From Chloroflexota bacterium (GTDB taxonomy: Bacteria > Chloroflexota > Limnocylindria > QHBO01): 64,000 bases of DNA. Positions 44,431-54,056 of this stretch are shown one piece after another; the stretch's first letter is position 1; each line of letters starts with the position of its first letter. The notes beneath the pieces were generated by a model. It made no database searches. It was not told where the DNA came from and worked only from the letters and a program-made list of their open reading frames with translations. The stretch covers positions 780,908-844,907 of the forward strand of contig JAILWI010000001.1 in NCBI GenBank assembly GCA_025699005.1. The letters run 5' to 3'. The translations under genes were made by a program, and so were the position numbers.

Positions 44431-45290
44431 CAGACGGTCAGCTCCTGCCCGCGCAGCAGCCGGATATAGAAGAAGATGCTGACGAGGATGCCCACCATGA
44501 GGATGAGGCTCAGCGCCGCCGCTTCGGGGTAGTCACGGTTCACGAGGAAGAGGCGCTGGATGACGTTGCCGATCATCGTCTCGTTCCGGCTGCCGAGCAG
44601 CTCGGCATTGAGGTAGTCGCCGACGGCGGGGATGAAGCTCAGCAGCGACGCGGCGAAGACGCCTGAGATCGACAGCGGCAGCGTCACGCGCAGGAACGCC
44701 TGGAATCGGCTCGCGTAGAGGTCCGTGGCGGCCTCGATGAGCCGCGGGTCGATCCGTTCCAGTGCCACGTACAGCGGCAGCACGACGAACGGCAGGAAGT
44801 TGTACGTGATCCCGCTGATCACGGCCACCGGCGTCGCGAGCAGCCGGAAGCCCTGGTCGAGCAGACCGATCTCCTTGAGCGTCCCCAGCAGGAAGCCCTG
44901 GTCCGCCAGGATGAACTTCCAGCTGATGGTGCGGATGATGAAGCTCGTGAAGAACGGCAGGATCACGAGCAGCAGGAGGATGTTCTTGTACCGCCCGCCG
45001 CGGAAGGCGATCGTGTAGGCCATCGGATAGCCGATGAGCATGGCCAGCACGGTCACGATCAGGCCGTACTGGAGCGAGCGCAGGAGCTGTGTGTCCCAGC
45101 GCCCGATCGCCTCGGGGAAGATCCCGAAGTTGAACGTGAGGCGGTAGCCGCTGGCGAGCGAGCCTTCCTGGAGCGCGACCGACGCGGTCGTCAGCAGCGG
45201 GACGACGAAGAAGACGATGAGCCAGAGACCGCCGGGCAGCAGGAAGAGATACGGGACGACTCCCTTGTGATGGCGCAGCCAGCCGGGCAT
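44430..45290 (-). CDS. potB: ABC transporter permease (spermidine/putrescine PotB-like)
   Basis: 286 aa. The EAA-type loop is YASRFQAFLRVTLPLSISGV. Six TM helices. Confidence 0.85.
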   Translation of the reverse strand: MPGWLRHHKGVVPYLFLLPGGLWLIVFFVVPLLTTASVALQEGSLASGYRLTFNFGIFPEAIGRWDTQLLRSLQYGLIVTVLAMLIGYPMAYTIAFRGGRYKNILLLLVILPFFTSFIIRTISWKFILADQGFLLGTLKEIGLLDQGFRLLATPVAVISGITYNFLPFVVLPLYVALERIDPRLIEAATDLYASRFQAFLRVTLPLSISGVFAASLLSFIPAVGDYLNAELLGSRNETMIGNVIQRLFLVNRDYPEAAALSLILMVGILVSIFFYIRLLRGQELTV

Positions 45291-45326
45291 GCGACCCTCC
45301 CTCTCTTCCTGCTGCGGCGGCCGGCG

Positions 45327-46568
45327 TCAGCCCTGGGTGACCTCCTGGAAGAGCTCGGCCCACTGCCGCTCCTCTTCCTCACTGAGGACCTTGTAGCTGT
45401 AGAGGCGTGACAGCATCTCGTCGGTCGGGAAAACGAGCGGCGACTCGGCGACCGCGCGCAGGTACTCCGCGGTCTCGGTGTCCCCGTCCGCTTCCGCCTC
45501 ATCGGCGTGCTGGATCACGATCTCCTGGGCGCCGGGCACCGGGGTGATGTAGTTCACCCACTCGGCGACCTGCGCCGCGACCTCTGGCCGGTACACGTAG
45601 TCCATCATCGCGAGGGCGTCGTTCGGATGCTCCGCGCCCTTCGGAATGGCCATGTTGTCGGTCCACAGGATGGCCCCCTCATCGGGCACCACGAACTGCA
45701 GGTCCGGGTTGTCGAGCTGCAGCTGGAAGACGTCGCCCGACCACGCCATGGTGATCGCCAGGCTGCCGTTGGCGAAGTCGTCGGCGTACTCGTTGCCGTA
45801 GTAGCCGCGCACGCACTCGGCCTGCTCGAGCAGGATCTCCTGCGCCGCCTCGACGTCCTCGATCGTGGCCTCCTCGGGGATCACGCCGTTGTAGAGCAGT
45901 GCCAGGCTGATCACGTCCCGCATCTCGCTGAACATGCCGATCTGGCCGCAGTACTTCTCGATGAACTCCGGGTCGAACAGCTGCGCCAGCGAGGTGATCT
46001 CCTCGTCCACCAGCGCGGGGTTGTAGCCGATGCCGGTGATGCCGGACTGCCACGGGACGCTGTAGAGGTTGTCCGGGTCGTACGAGCGATCCTTGTACTT
46101 GTCGGCGGCGTGCTCCATGAAGTTCGGGATGTCGCGCTCGACGTCGATCTGCTCGAGGTAGCCGAGCTCGATCATGTTGCCGATCATCCAGTCGGTCACG
46201 ACGATGATGTCGTGTCCCGTGTCCTGTCCTGCCTGGAGCTGCGGCTGGATCGTCCCGAAGAAGGAGCTGTTGTCCTGGATCGCCTCGCTGTACGTGACGT
46301 CGATCCCAGTCTCATCCTCGAACTGCTGGATGGTGGGGGAGTTGCCGTCGTCGTCCTGGTCGATGTAGAGCGGCCAGTTCGTGAAGTTCAGAACGCCGGC
46401 GGTCTCGCCGCCTCCGACCGGCTCCCCGCCGCCCGATGCGCCGGCCGTCTCGCCGTTCGAGCCACCCGGCTCGATGCCGCACGCCCCGAGGACGAGAGCC
46501 ATCGTGACCCCCACCGCCGCCATGGCGCGCGCCGGACGCGCGCGCCGCTCCATTTTCATGATCCTCAT
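45327..46568 (-). CDS. potD: Polyamine ABC transporter substrate-binding lipoprotein (PotD/PotF-like)
   Basis: Signal peptide plus lipobox (LVLGAC), a Gly-rich linker, then a PotD-like periplasmic binding fold (NWPLYID...VPWQSGITGIGYN). ATGA overlap with potA. Confidence 0.85.
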   Translation of the reverse strand: MRIMKMERRARPARAMAAVGVTMALVLGACGIEPGGSNGETAGASGGGEPVGGGETAGVLNFTNWPLYIDQDDDGNSPTIQQFEDETGIDVTYSEAIQDNSSFFGTIQPQLQAGQDTGHDIIVVTDWMIGNMIELGYLEQIDVERDIPNFMEHAADKYKDRSYDPDNLYSVPWQSGITGIGYNPALVDEEITSLAQLFDPEFIEKYCGQIGMFSEMRDVISLALLYNGVIPEEATIEDVEAAQEILLEQAECVRGYYGNEYADDFANGSLAITMAWSGDVFQLQLDNPDLQFVVPDEGAILWTDNMAIPKGAEHPNDALAMMDYVYRPEVAAQVAEWVNYITPVPGAQEIVIQHADEAEADGDTETAEYLRAVAESPLVFPTDEMLSRLYSYKVLSEEEERQWAELFQEVTQG

Positions 46569-47716
46569 CTGGTCCTTGCCTCCTCCATGGGTGCTTCCGG
46601 GTCCGATCGACCCGCATCGTCGATGACGAATGTGTGCTGGGGATTCCAGCTGAGCCGGACGTCCTGGCCATCCGAGAGGACCTCGGACGCCCCGCTGGTC
46701 GTCAGGTTCTGGGCATAGACGGTGAGGGTGTGTCCCTCGGCCGTCTTCACGAGGTACTGCGTGCTGACCCCGATGTAGCTGGCGTCGAGCACCGTGCCCT
46801 CGAGAACGTTCGTCTCCGTGGCCCCCGCGGTGACCTCCGCCCCCCGCGGAACGACGCGCAGCTTCTCGGGGCGGATGCCGACACGGACCTTCGCCGCGCC
46901 GTTCGTGGCCGCGGCCGGCGCCTGCACGAGCACGCCGTTCGTCAGCCGGATGCTCACCATGTCGCCGTCGCGCTCGGTCACCTCCCCGTCGAGAAGGTTG
47001 CTCACGCCCAGGAAGCCCGCGACGAACTCCGTCGTGGGCCGTTCGTAGAGCTCCTCGGGAGCTCCGAGCTGCTCGATGCGGCCCGCCCGCATGACCGCGA
47101 TGCGATCGGACATCGTCATCGCCTCCTCCTGGTCGTGCGTCACGAAGATGAAGGTGATCCCGATCTCGCTCTGGATGCGCTTCAGCTCGACCTGCATCTG
47201 CTTGCGCAGCTTGAGGTCGAGGGCACCGAGCGGCTCGTCGAGGAGGAGCACGCGCGGGTTGTTGACGAGCGCACGGGCGAGCGCGACGCGCTGCTGCTGG
47301 CCGCCCGACAGCTGGTTGGGGCGCCGCTCCTCGTAGCCGGGGAGCTCCACGAGCTCCAGCATGAAGGCCACCTGGCGCCGAATCTCCCCGAGGGCCGTCT
47401 TGCGCCGCCGGAGCCCGAAGGCGATGTTCTCGAAGACCGAGAGGTGCGGGAAGAGGGCGTAGTTCTGGAAGACGGTGTTCGTCGCCCGCTTGAAGGGCGG
47501 AAGGTCGGTGACGTTCTGATCGCCGAGGTAGATCGCGCCCGAGGTCACCTCCTCGAAGCCGCCGATCATGCGCAGCGTGGTGGTCTTGCCGCAGCCTGAC
47601 GGACCGAGCAGCGAGAAGAACTCCCCCTCGGGAATCTCCAGGCTCAGGTCGTCGACGGCGGTGAAGCTGCCGAAGCGCTTCGTGACACGGTCGAGGCGGA
47701 CATCGGCTTCAGGCAC
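46565..47716 (-). CDS. potA: Polyamine ABC transporter ATP-binding protein (PotA-like)
   Basis: Walker [10 protein letters not shown], signature [15 protein letters not shown], Walker [12 protein letters not shown], plus a C-terminal TOBE/MOP-like regulatory domain. Confidence 0.9.
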   Translation of the reverse strand: MPEADVRLDRVTKRFGSFTAVDDLSLEIPEGEFFSLLGPSGCGKTTTLRMIGGFEEVTSGAIYLGDQNVTDLPPFKRATNTVFQNYALFPHLSVFENIAFGLRRRKTALGEIRRQVAFMLELVELPGYEERRPNQLSGGQQQRVALARALVNNPRVLLLDEPLGALDLKLRKQMQVELKRIQSEIGITFIFVTHDQEEAMTMSDRIAVMRAGRIEQLGAPEELYERPTTEFVAGFLGVSNLLDGEVTERDGDMVSIRLTNGVLVQAPAAATNGAAKVRVGIRPEKLRVVPRGAEVTAGATETNVLEGTVLDASYIGVSTQYLVKTAEGHTLTVYAQNLTTSGASEVLSDGQDVRLSWNPQHTFVIDDAGRSDPEAPMEEARTR

Positions 47717-47739
47717 GCTGGGTCACTCGGGCCAACCTT

Positions 47740-47810
47740 GTCGCTGTGCTGTAAGGAATGAGTATAGGTTGTGGCAAACGAGGGCTGTCAACAATTGATC
47801 GCTTGCTCGC
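47740..47810. promoter_or_regulatory. Local low-GC island in the potA/acyl-CoA-dehydrogenase divergent intergenic region (likely promoter region)
   Basis: ctgtaaggaatgagtataggttgtggcaaacgagggctgtcaacaattgatcgcttgc is about 48% GC in a 72% GC background. It lies directly upstream of the potA start (47716, minus). Confidence 0.3.
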
Positions 47811-47877
47811 AACTTCGGCGTGGGTTCGCGCGTCTGTGACGCATCGCCCGTTCACCAGCGCGTGGAGTACCGAGCAC

Positions 47878-48009
47878 ATGGCAAAGCTGAACCACCAGAA
47901 GCGGCACCGACCGCGTCCCGTCGCGACGCGACGGCGCCGCGCCAACCTGCAGCGGGTCGAGGAGCAGCGCAGCCGCCGCGAGATGGAACGCTGGCGCCGA
48001 AGCGCCTGA
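47878..48009 (+). CDS. Very small, extremely basic ORF (43 aa), speculative
   Basis: MAKLNHQKRHRPRPVATRRRRANLQRVEEQRSRREMERWRRSA. GGAG lies 11 nt upstream. In the 400-bp gap before the acyl-CoA dehydrogenase. Confidence 0.2.
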   Translation: MAKLNHQKRHRPRPVATRRRRANLQRVEEQRSRREMERWRRSA

Positions 48010-48112
48010 GCCGCCCTCCTCCCCGATGTCTCCGACCCGACCGGCCCCGCCGGTCGGGTCGTCCACTTGTACACTCGGCACCCACCGATTCCGCAACGGA
48101 GCACGCCCCTTC

Positions 48113-49264
48113 ATGGACTTCGCCCTCTCGCCGCAGCACGAGGAGATCCGTCGCACGGTGCGCGACTTCGCCGAGAAGCGGATCGCACCGGTCGCCGACG
48201 ACCTCGAGCGCAAGGGCGAGTTCCCGATGGACATCATTCGCGAGGCCGCCTCGCTCGGCCTGCTCGGGGTCCCGTATCCCGAGGAGATCGGCGGCACGGG
48301 CCTCGACTCCCTGGCCTACGCGATCACCGTGGAGGAGCTGTCGCGGGTCTCGGGCAGCGTCGGCATCATCGTCAGCGCGCACACCAGCCTCGGGTGCAAC
48401 CCGGTCTGGCTGGCAGGGACCGACGAGCAGAAGGAGAAGTACCTGCGGCCGATGGCATCGGGCGAGGTGATCGGCGCCTACGGGCTCACCGAGCCCGGCG
48501 CGGGGAGTGACTCTCGGGGGACTCGCACCCGCGCGCATCGCGACGGCGACACGTGGGTCATCAACGGTGGCAAGCGCTTCATCACGAATGCCGGCGTGGC
48601 GGGGACCTACATCGTCACGGCCGTCACCGACCGCGAGGAGCAGAGCGGCAAGATCAGCGCCTTCATCGTCGAGGCCGATACGCCCGGCTTCAGCATCGGG
48701 CGCATGGAGGAGAAGATGGGCCTCCATGCCAGCAACACCGGTGAGCTGATTTTCGAGGACTGCCGCATTCCCGCCGAGAACATGCTCGGCCCGGAGGGGG
48801 AGGGGGACAAGCTGTTCCTCAAGACGCTCGACGGGGGCCGCATCGGGATCGCCTCGATGGCGCTCGGGCTCGCCCAGGCGGCCTACGAGGCCGCATCGGC
48901 GTATGCGAAGGAGCGGAAGCAGTTCGACCGCCCCATCGGCGCGTTCCAGGGCGTCGCCTTCAAGATCGCCGATGCCGCGACGGGGATCGACGCCGCGCGC
49001 CTGATGACGTACCGCGCCGCGTGGCTCAAGGACAACGGCCGTCCGTACAGCACCGAAGCGGCCATGGCCAAGCTGTACGCCTCCGAGGTCGCGCGCGACG
49101 TGACGAACGACGCCATCCAGGTCCACGGTGGCTACGGATACATCACCGAGTACCGCGTCGAGCGCTACCTGCGCGACGCGAAGCTGACCGAGATCGGCGA
49201 GGGCACCAGCGAGATCCAGCGCATGGTCATCGCCCGCAACCTCCTCGGCCTGCGCGCGATGTAG
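48113..49264 (+). CDS. Acyl-CoA dehydrogenase
   Basis: MDFALSPQHEEIRRTVRDFAEKRIAP...GAYGLTEPGAGSD...QVHGGYGYITEYRVERYLRDAKLTEIGEGTSEIQR are the canonical ACAD motifs. Confidence 0.85.
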   Translation: MDFALSPQHEEIRRTVRDFAEKRIAPVADDLERKGEFPMDIIREAASLGLLGVPYPEEIGGTGLDSLAYAITVEELSRVSGSVGIIVSAHTSLGCNPVWLAGTDEQKEKYLRPMASGEVIGAYGLTEPGAGSDSRGTRTRAHRDGDTWVINGGKRFITNAGVAGTYIVTAVTDREEQSGKISAFIVEADTPGFSIGRMEEKMGLHASNTGELIFEDCRIPAENMLGPEGEGDKLFLKTLDGGRIGIASMALGLAQAAYEAASAYAKERKQFDRPIGAFQGVAFKIADAATGIDAARLMTYRAAWLKDNGRPYSTEAAMAKLYASEVARDVTNDAIQVHGGYGYITEYRVERYLRDAKLTEIGEGTSEIQRMVIARNLLGLRAM

Positions 49265-49347
49265 GAACGAATGCCGCGATTGCGATAGGCTGTGCACCCG
49301 GCTCGTTGGTCCGACGGCCGAGCAGACAGTGGAGAGGTGCCCCCATC

Positions 49348-49938
49348 GTGAGCAGCCGCATCGACGAGCTCGACGCCATCGTGCGCCAGTTCGACCTCAA
49401 TGAGCATCCGTTCTACACCGAGTGGCGCGCCGGGACCCTGCCGGTCGAGCGCCTTGCCGAGTATGCCGACGAGTGGGCGCCGTTCATCGCCGCCGTGGAC
49501 AAGGGTTGGGATCGCCTCGGTTACGCCGAGTACGCGGCCGAAGAGCGTGAGCACGATTCCCTGTGGCAGCACTTCCGTGCGTCGCTCGGCGCCAACGGCT
49601 CGTCCAGCCGACCGCAGTCGAAGACTCTGCTCGCCGTCGGCGAGAACGCCTTCGCCGCCATCCCCGAGGCGCTCGGGGCGCTGTACAGCTTCGAGGTCCA
49701 GCAGCCGAAGACCGCGTCGAGCAAGCTCGCCGGCCTGCGGGAGCACTATGCCGGCACGGTCGACGCCGAAGGGCAGCGCTACTTCGAGGAGCATGCCGTC
49801 GAGACCGATGAGCCCGCCATGCTGGCCGAGATGATCGACAACCTGTCCGAGGGCGACTTCGCCCGGGCACGGACCGCCTGTGCCCTCTTCAGCGCCGCGG
49901 CCTGGGGCGCGCTCGACGGGGTGTACTACACCGACTGA
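49348..49938 (+). CDS. Heme-oxygenase-like fold protein (TenA/PqqC-like family)
   Basis: GTG start is preceded by GGAGAGG. VRQFDLNEHPFYTEWRAGTLPVERLAEYADEWAPFIAAV is typical of the TenA/PqqC/CADD helical bundle. Confidence 0.5.
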   Translation: MSSRIDELDAIVRQFDLNEHPFYTEWRAGTLPVERLAEYADEWAPFIAAVDKGWDRLGYAEYAAEEREHDSLWQHFRASLGANGSSSRPQSKTLLAVGENAFAAIPEALGALYSFEVQQPKTASSKLAGLREHYAGTVDAEGQRYFEEHAVETDEPAMLAEMIDNLSEGDFARARTACALFSAAAWGALDGVYYTD

Positions 49939-51893
49939 GGCCCGCGGGCCCCGGCCATCGCGACGAACGGGTCGAGCGAGGCCGGATCGGACAACGAGCC
50001 GCGTGATGCGGCGAGCTCGGGATCGGTGCCGGTGAGGATTCGCTTCACCGGCACTTCGAGCTTCTTGCCCGAGAGCGTGCGCGGGATGGCCGGGACGGCC
50101 ACGATCTCGTCGGGCACGTGGCGTGGCGACAGCGTGCCGCGCAGCTCACCCACGATCTCCGCGCGCAGACCGTCGTCGAGCTCGCGAGAGGGCGCCAGCG
50201 CGACGAACAGGAGGAGTCGATCCTCGTCGTCGAGATGGACGACGAGCGAGTCCGCCACTGCGGGGTTCGCCTCGACCACCGCGTAGAACTCGGCCGTGCC
50301 GATGCGGACGCCGCCCCGGTTCAGGGTCGCATCCGATCGACCGCTGATCACCGCGGATCCACGCTCGGTGAACGTGATCCAGTCACCGTGCCGCCAGACG
50401 CCGGGGAAGTCCTCGAAATACGCGGCCCGGTAACGGTCGCCAGCCGGGTCGTTCCAGAATCCGACCGGCATCGATGGCATCGGTGCCGTGATGACGAGCT
50501 CCCCCTGCTCGCCGACGAGGGATCGCCCGTCCGGGGAGAAGGCCTCGACCGCACAGCCCAGGTGCCGGCACGACAGCTCGCCCTCCCAGACCGGGACGAG
50601 CGGCGAGGCGCCGACGAACGCCGTGCACACGTCCGTGCCGCCCGAGACCGACTGCAGGTGTGCCACCCGTGAGATGGCGTCGTACACGTAGCGGAATCCT
50701 TCCGCCGGCAGTGGTGCCCCGGTCGAGCCGATCCCGCGGATCGCCGAGAGGTCGACGATCTCCGCCGGACGCAGGTCCGCCTTGCGGCACGCCATGAGGT
50801 ACGGCGCGCTGGTGCCGAAGTAAGTGACGCGCTCCTCGGCCGCCAGCTGCCACAGCGCCCCGAGATCGGGATGTGCCGGCGATCCGTCGTACAGCACGAT
50901 CGTGGCGTCCACGGCCAGGCCCGACACGAGGTAGTTCCACATCATCCAGCCGGTCGTGCTGAACCAGAAGAAGCGATCCTCCCCGCCGAGGTCGTGATGG
51001 AGGGCGTGGATCTTCAGGTGCTCGAGCAGGATGCCGCCGTGGCCGTGGATGATCGGCTTGGGAAGCCCGGTGGTCCCCGAGCTGTAGAGCACGAACAGCG
51101 GATGGTCGAAGGGGACGGGCGCGAACTCGAGCGGCTCGTGGTCGGCAACCAGGTCGGCCCACGGCATCGCGTCGGGGATGCGCGTTTCGGTCGGATACAG
51201 GTAGGGCAGCACGACGGTCGAGCGGAGGCTGGGAAGCGCCTCGCGGATGGCCGCAACCTCGGCGGTCCGGTCGACGTCGCGCGAGCCGTAGCGGTAGCCG
51301 TCGATCGTCAGCAGCACCTTCGGCTCGACCTGGCTCAGCCGATCGACGACGCTGCGGGTCCCGAACTCCGGCGCGCAGCTCGACCACGTCGCTCCGAGCG
51401 AGGCGGTGGCGAGCAGCGCCACGGCGGCCTCGGGGACGTTCGGGAGGTACGCGGCGACCCGGTCACCGCGACGCACGCCGAGGCGACGGAGCCCGGCGCG
51501 CGTCCGTGCCACGGCATCGCGCAGCTCGGCGGCGGTCATCGTGATCCGCTCGCGGGTCTGTGACCGGGCGATGACGACGACATCGTCGTCGCGGCGCCCG
51601 GCGAGCCGCAGGCAGTGCTCGGCCCAGTTCAGCTGTGCGCCGGGGAACCAGCGTGAGCCCGGCATGCGGGCGTCGGCGAGCGCCGGTCCGGGTGCTTCGC
51701 CGCCGCTCACGCCGAAGTGGTCCCAGACCGATGACCAGAAGCCGTCGAGGTCCTCGATCGACCATGCCAGCAGCGCGTCGTAATCGGCGAATGTGAGGCC
51801 GCGCTCGCGCTCGAGCCACGACAGGTAGGTGCCGATGCGCGTACGCTCGCGGACGTCGTCGGGCGGTTGCCAGAGCACCGGAGGCGAGGTCAT
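49926..51893 (-). CDS. Acetoacetyl-CoA synthetase (acetoacetate--CoA ligase), ANL superfamily
   Basis: Start is at MTSPPVLWQPPDDVRERTRIGTYLSWL (ATG 51893; alternative 51905). AMP-binding motifs YSSGTTGLPKPI and the C-terminal RTLSGKKLEVPVKR are present. The 1059-aa track ORF is an antisense extension over the neighbouring gene. Confidence 0.85.
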   Translation of the reverse strand: MTSPPVLWQPPDDVRERTRIGTYLSWLERERGLTFADYDALLAWSIEDLDGFWSSVWDHFGVSGGEAPGPALADARMPGSRWFPGAQLNWAEHCLRLAGRRDDDVVVIARSQTRERITMTAAELRDAVARTRAGLRRLGVRRGDRVAAYLPNVPEAAVALLATASLGATWSSCAPEFGTRSVVDRLSQVEPKVLLTIDGYRYGSRDVDRTAEVAAIREALPSLRSTVVLPYLYPTETRIPDAMPWADLVADHEPLEFAPVPFDHPLFVLYSSGTTGLPKPIIHGHGGILLEHLKIHALHHDLGGEDRFFWFSTTGWMMWNYLVSGLAVDATIVLYDGSPAHPDLGALWQLAAEERVTYFGTSAPYLMACRKADLRPAEIVDLSAIRGIGSTGAPLPAEGFRYVYDAISRVAHLQSVSGGTDVCTAFVGASPLVPVWEGELSCRHLGCAVEAFSPDGRSLVGEQGELVITAPMPSMPVGFWNDPAGDRYRAAYFEDFPGVWRHGDWITFTERGSAVISGRSDATLNRGGVRIGTAEFYAVVEANPAVADSLVVHLDDEDRLLLFVALAPSRELDDGLRAEIVGELRGTLSPRHVPDEIVAVPAIPRTLSGKKLEVPVKRILTGTDPELAASRGSLSDPASLDPFVAMAGARGPQSV

Positions 51894-51926
51894 GCCGCCG
51901 ATCATGCCAGAGGCGGCGCTATCCTC

Positions 51927-54056
51927 ATGCGACCGATGCTCCCGTCCCTCGCCGCGTTCCTCCTTCTCGTCGGGGGATTCCTGCCGCCGGCCGCGGATCC
52001 GCCGGCGATCGCGGTGGTCCCCGACGAGCGGGACACCGTCAACCTCCCGGACGCCGCCATCCTCCAGACGCTCGTCGCGGACCTCGATGGCGACGGCGCG
52101 CGCGAGGTGCTGCGCCTCGTCCGTGGACCGGACGACGAGGCGCTCGTGGAGGCGTGGGCGCAGGGGCCGGCGGGATGGGTGCTCGTCGACGACCCGCTGC
52201 AGGTCGTGCCCCCGTCGCGAATCGGGACGCGGATCGATCCGGTCTACCTCGCGACCCCCGTCCGCATGCTCCTGCGCCGAATCGACGGGGTCGACCGCGT
52301 GACGGTCGCCAGCCAGCCCCACTTCGAGGAGATCGACGTCGGCGATCCGTGCTGCCTCGTCCTCGAGGATGTCGTCCTGGGCCCCGGCGGCCTCGATGCC
52401 CGCAGCGTCGCGGAGGCGATCGATTTCAGCGACGCGATCCTCGCGATCGATCTCGACGGCGATGGGACCGATGAGCTCCTCACGACCCGCTCCCTGCCGC
52501 CGCTCGGCGACATCGAGTTTCCGACCGAGGCCCGGGTCCACCGCTGGGACGGCTCGGGGTTCCTCCCTCCGACGGTGACGCGGCTGACCGTCGGGTCGGG
52601 CCACGCGCCGCGGCTGCTCGGCGACAGCGACGGACTGCCCGGCGACGAGGCGATGTTCGTGTCGGGCGACCCCGGTGTGTCCGGGGTCTTCCGGGTCCGC
52701 CTCGACGCCGGTGATCTCCTGGCCACCGATGGAGCGGACCTGCCGGCCACGGACGCCATCGCCTTCCCGGCGACCGAGGGAGACGGGGTCGCGCTCGTCG
52801 GGCCGACGATCGGCTTCGCGATCGCCCCGTGGCCGGCCGGCGAGGGCGTCGGAGAGCCGACGACGGAGCTCACGATCGCCGACGGCCGGATCGTGGGCGT
52901 CGCCGCGGTCGACGGCCCGCGGGTGGTCGTCCACGAGCCGCGGACGGAGTCGCTCCGGCTCGTCGGCGCGCCTGCCGCCGCCGGTCCGGCTGCGGTCACC
53001 GTCACGCGCAGCCCGGCCGCGGCGCGTCTGGAGGGAGGGCCGTTGGTCGCGTACAGCGGACCGATTCCCGGCGGCGGAGCGGACGGCGCGCCGGCTGTCA
53101 TCCACCAGGGCCGCCTCATCCCGTCGCCGTTCGCCGGGCCGTTCGACGAGTCATCGCTCATCGCCAGCCTGGCGGGGGCGCAGCCGGTGGGCCTAGCCGG
53201 TCCCGATCGCGACCTGATCGTGCTCGACCATGCGCCGATCGGGTTCCAGCCGCCGATCGACCCGGCCGGGGGCTCCCTGCTCGTGCCGCCGGTGCGTCCG
53301 GCTTCGTGGACGAGCATCGTGCCGGTCGAGGTGGCGGGGGAGCGAGAGCACGATGACGGATTGCTCGAGCCGCCGATCCGGGACGCCAGGGTGGTCGACG
53401 GCCGCGGCGCGATCGCCGTCGGTCGGGCCGGATTCGTCGCCGAGGTCGGTGCCCCCGCCGGCTCTCGCGTCTACGTCGTGGATGGGGACCCATCGGTCGT
53501 CCGTTCGCCCATCGTGGTGCCGGACGGGGGTCGGGTCGACGCGCCGTTCCCGCCGCCGAACGTCGTGACGCCCGATGCGCGCTACCGGGCGGTCCTGCTG
53601 GTGCAGACCCCGGCGGGTCACGCGTACCAGGCGACGTGGGACGTGCGGGTCAGGACGGACCCGCCGCCCCTCGCGGTCGGCTCGTCGACCCCGTTCGGCT
53701 CGGGAGCGGTCGAGATCTCGGGCACGACGCAGGCCGGCGCCGAGGTTCGCGTCGACGGGCAGGTCGTGGAGCCCGACGCCGACGGTGGCTTCCGCGCGAT
53801 GGTCGAGGTACCGCCGTGGCCCACCGACGTCACGATCGACGTGGACGACGGGCTCGGCAACCTCGCGACGCGGAACGTGACCGTCATCGGATGGTTCGAC
53901 TACCGCGGGCTGCCGTGGGTGCCGATCAGCGCGGCGCTCGTCGCCGTGGTCGGCGTGGTGCTCTTCCTGCGGGTCCCGCGCGCCGCCCCCCTGCCGCGCC
54001 GCGAGGACGACGACGCGGTCTACGAGGAGATCGACCCCGACGACGACCGGCGCTAG
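51927..54056 (+). CDS. Large secreted protein with FG-GAP/calcium-binding-like DxDGDG repeats and C-terminal TM anchor
   Basis: Start is at MRPMLPSLAAFLLLVGGFLPPAA (signal peptide). LVADLDGDGAREVL and AIDLDGDGTDELL are integrin-alpha-type Ca-binding loops. C-terminal TM PWVPISAALVAVVGVVLFL is followed by an acidic tail. Confidence 0.6.
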   Translation: MRPMLPSLAAFLLLVGGFLPPAADPPAIAVVPDERDTVNLPDAAILQTLVADLDGDGAREVLRLVRGPDDEALVEAWAQGPAGWVLVDDPLQVVPPSRIGTRIDPVYLATPVRMLLRRIDGVDRVTVASQPHFEEIDVGDPCCLVLEDVVLGPGGLDARSVAEAIDFSDAILAIDLDGDGTDELLTTRSLPPLGDIEFPTEARVHRWDGSGFLPPTVTRLTVGSGHAPRLLGDSDGLPGDEAMFVSGDPGVSGVFRVRLDAGDLLATDGADLPATDAIAFPATEGDGVALVGPTIGFAIAPWPAGEGVGEPTTELTIADGRIVGVAAVDGPRVVVHEPRTESLRLVGAPAAAGPAAVTVTRSPAAARLEGGPLVAYSGPIPGGGADGAPAVIHQGRLIPSPFAGPFDESSLIASLAGAQPVGLAGPDRDLIVLDHAPIGFQPPIDPAGGSLLVPPVRPASWTSIVPVEVAGEREHDDGLLEPPIRDARVVDGRGAIAVGRAGFVAEVGAPAGSRVYVVDGDPSVVRSPIVVPDGGRVDAPFPPPNVVTPDARYRAVLLVQTPAGHAYQATWDVRVRTDPPPLAVGSSTPFGSGAVEISGTTQAGAEVRVDGQVVEPDADGGFRAMVEVPPWPTDVTIDVDDGLGNLATRNVTVIGWFDYRGLPWVPISAALVAVVGVVLFLRVPRAAPLPRREDDDAVYEEIDPDDDRR

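Noticed and set aside
51906-53105. N-terminal 400 codons of the 1059-aa minus ORF
   Set aside because: Antisense to the secreted FG-GAP-like gene. The acetoacetyl-CoA synthetase homology begins exactly at MTSPPVLWQPP (ATG 51893).
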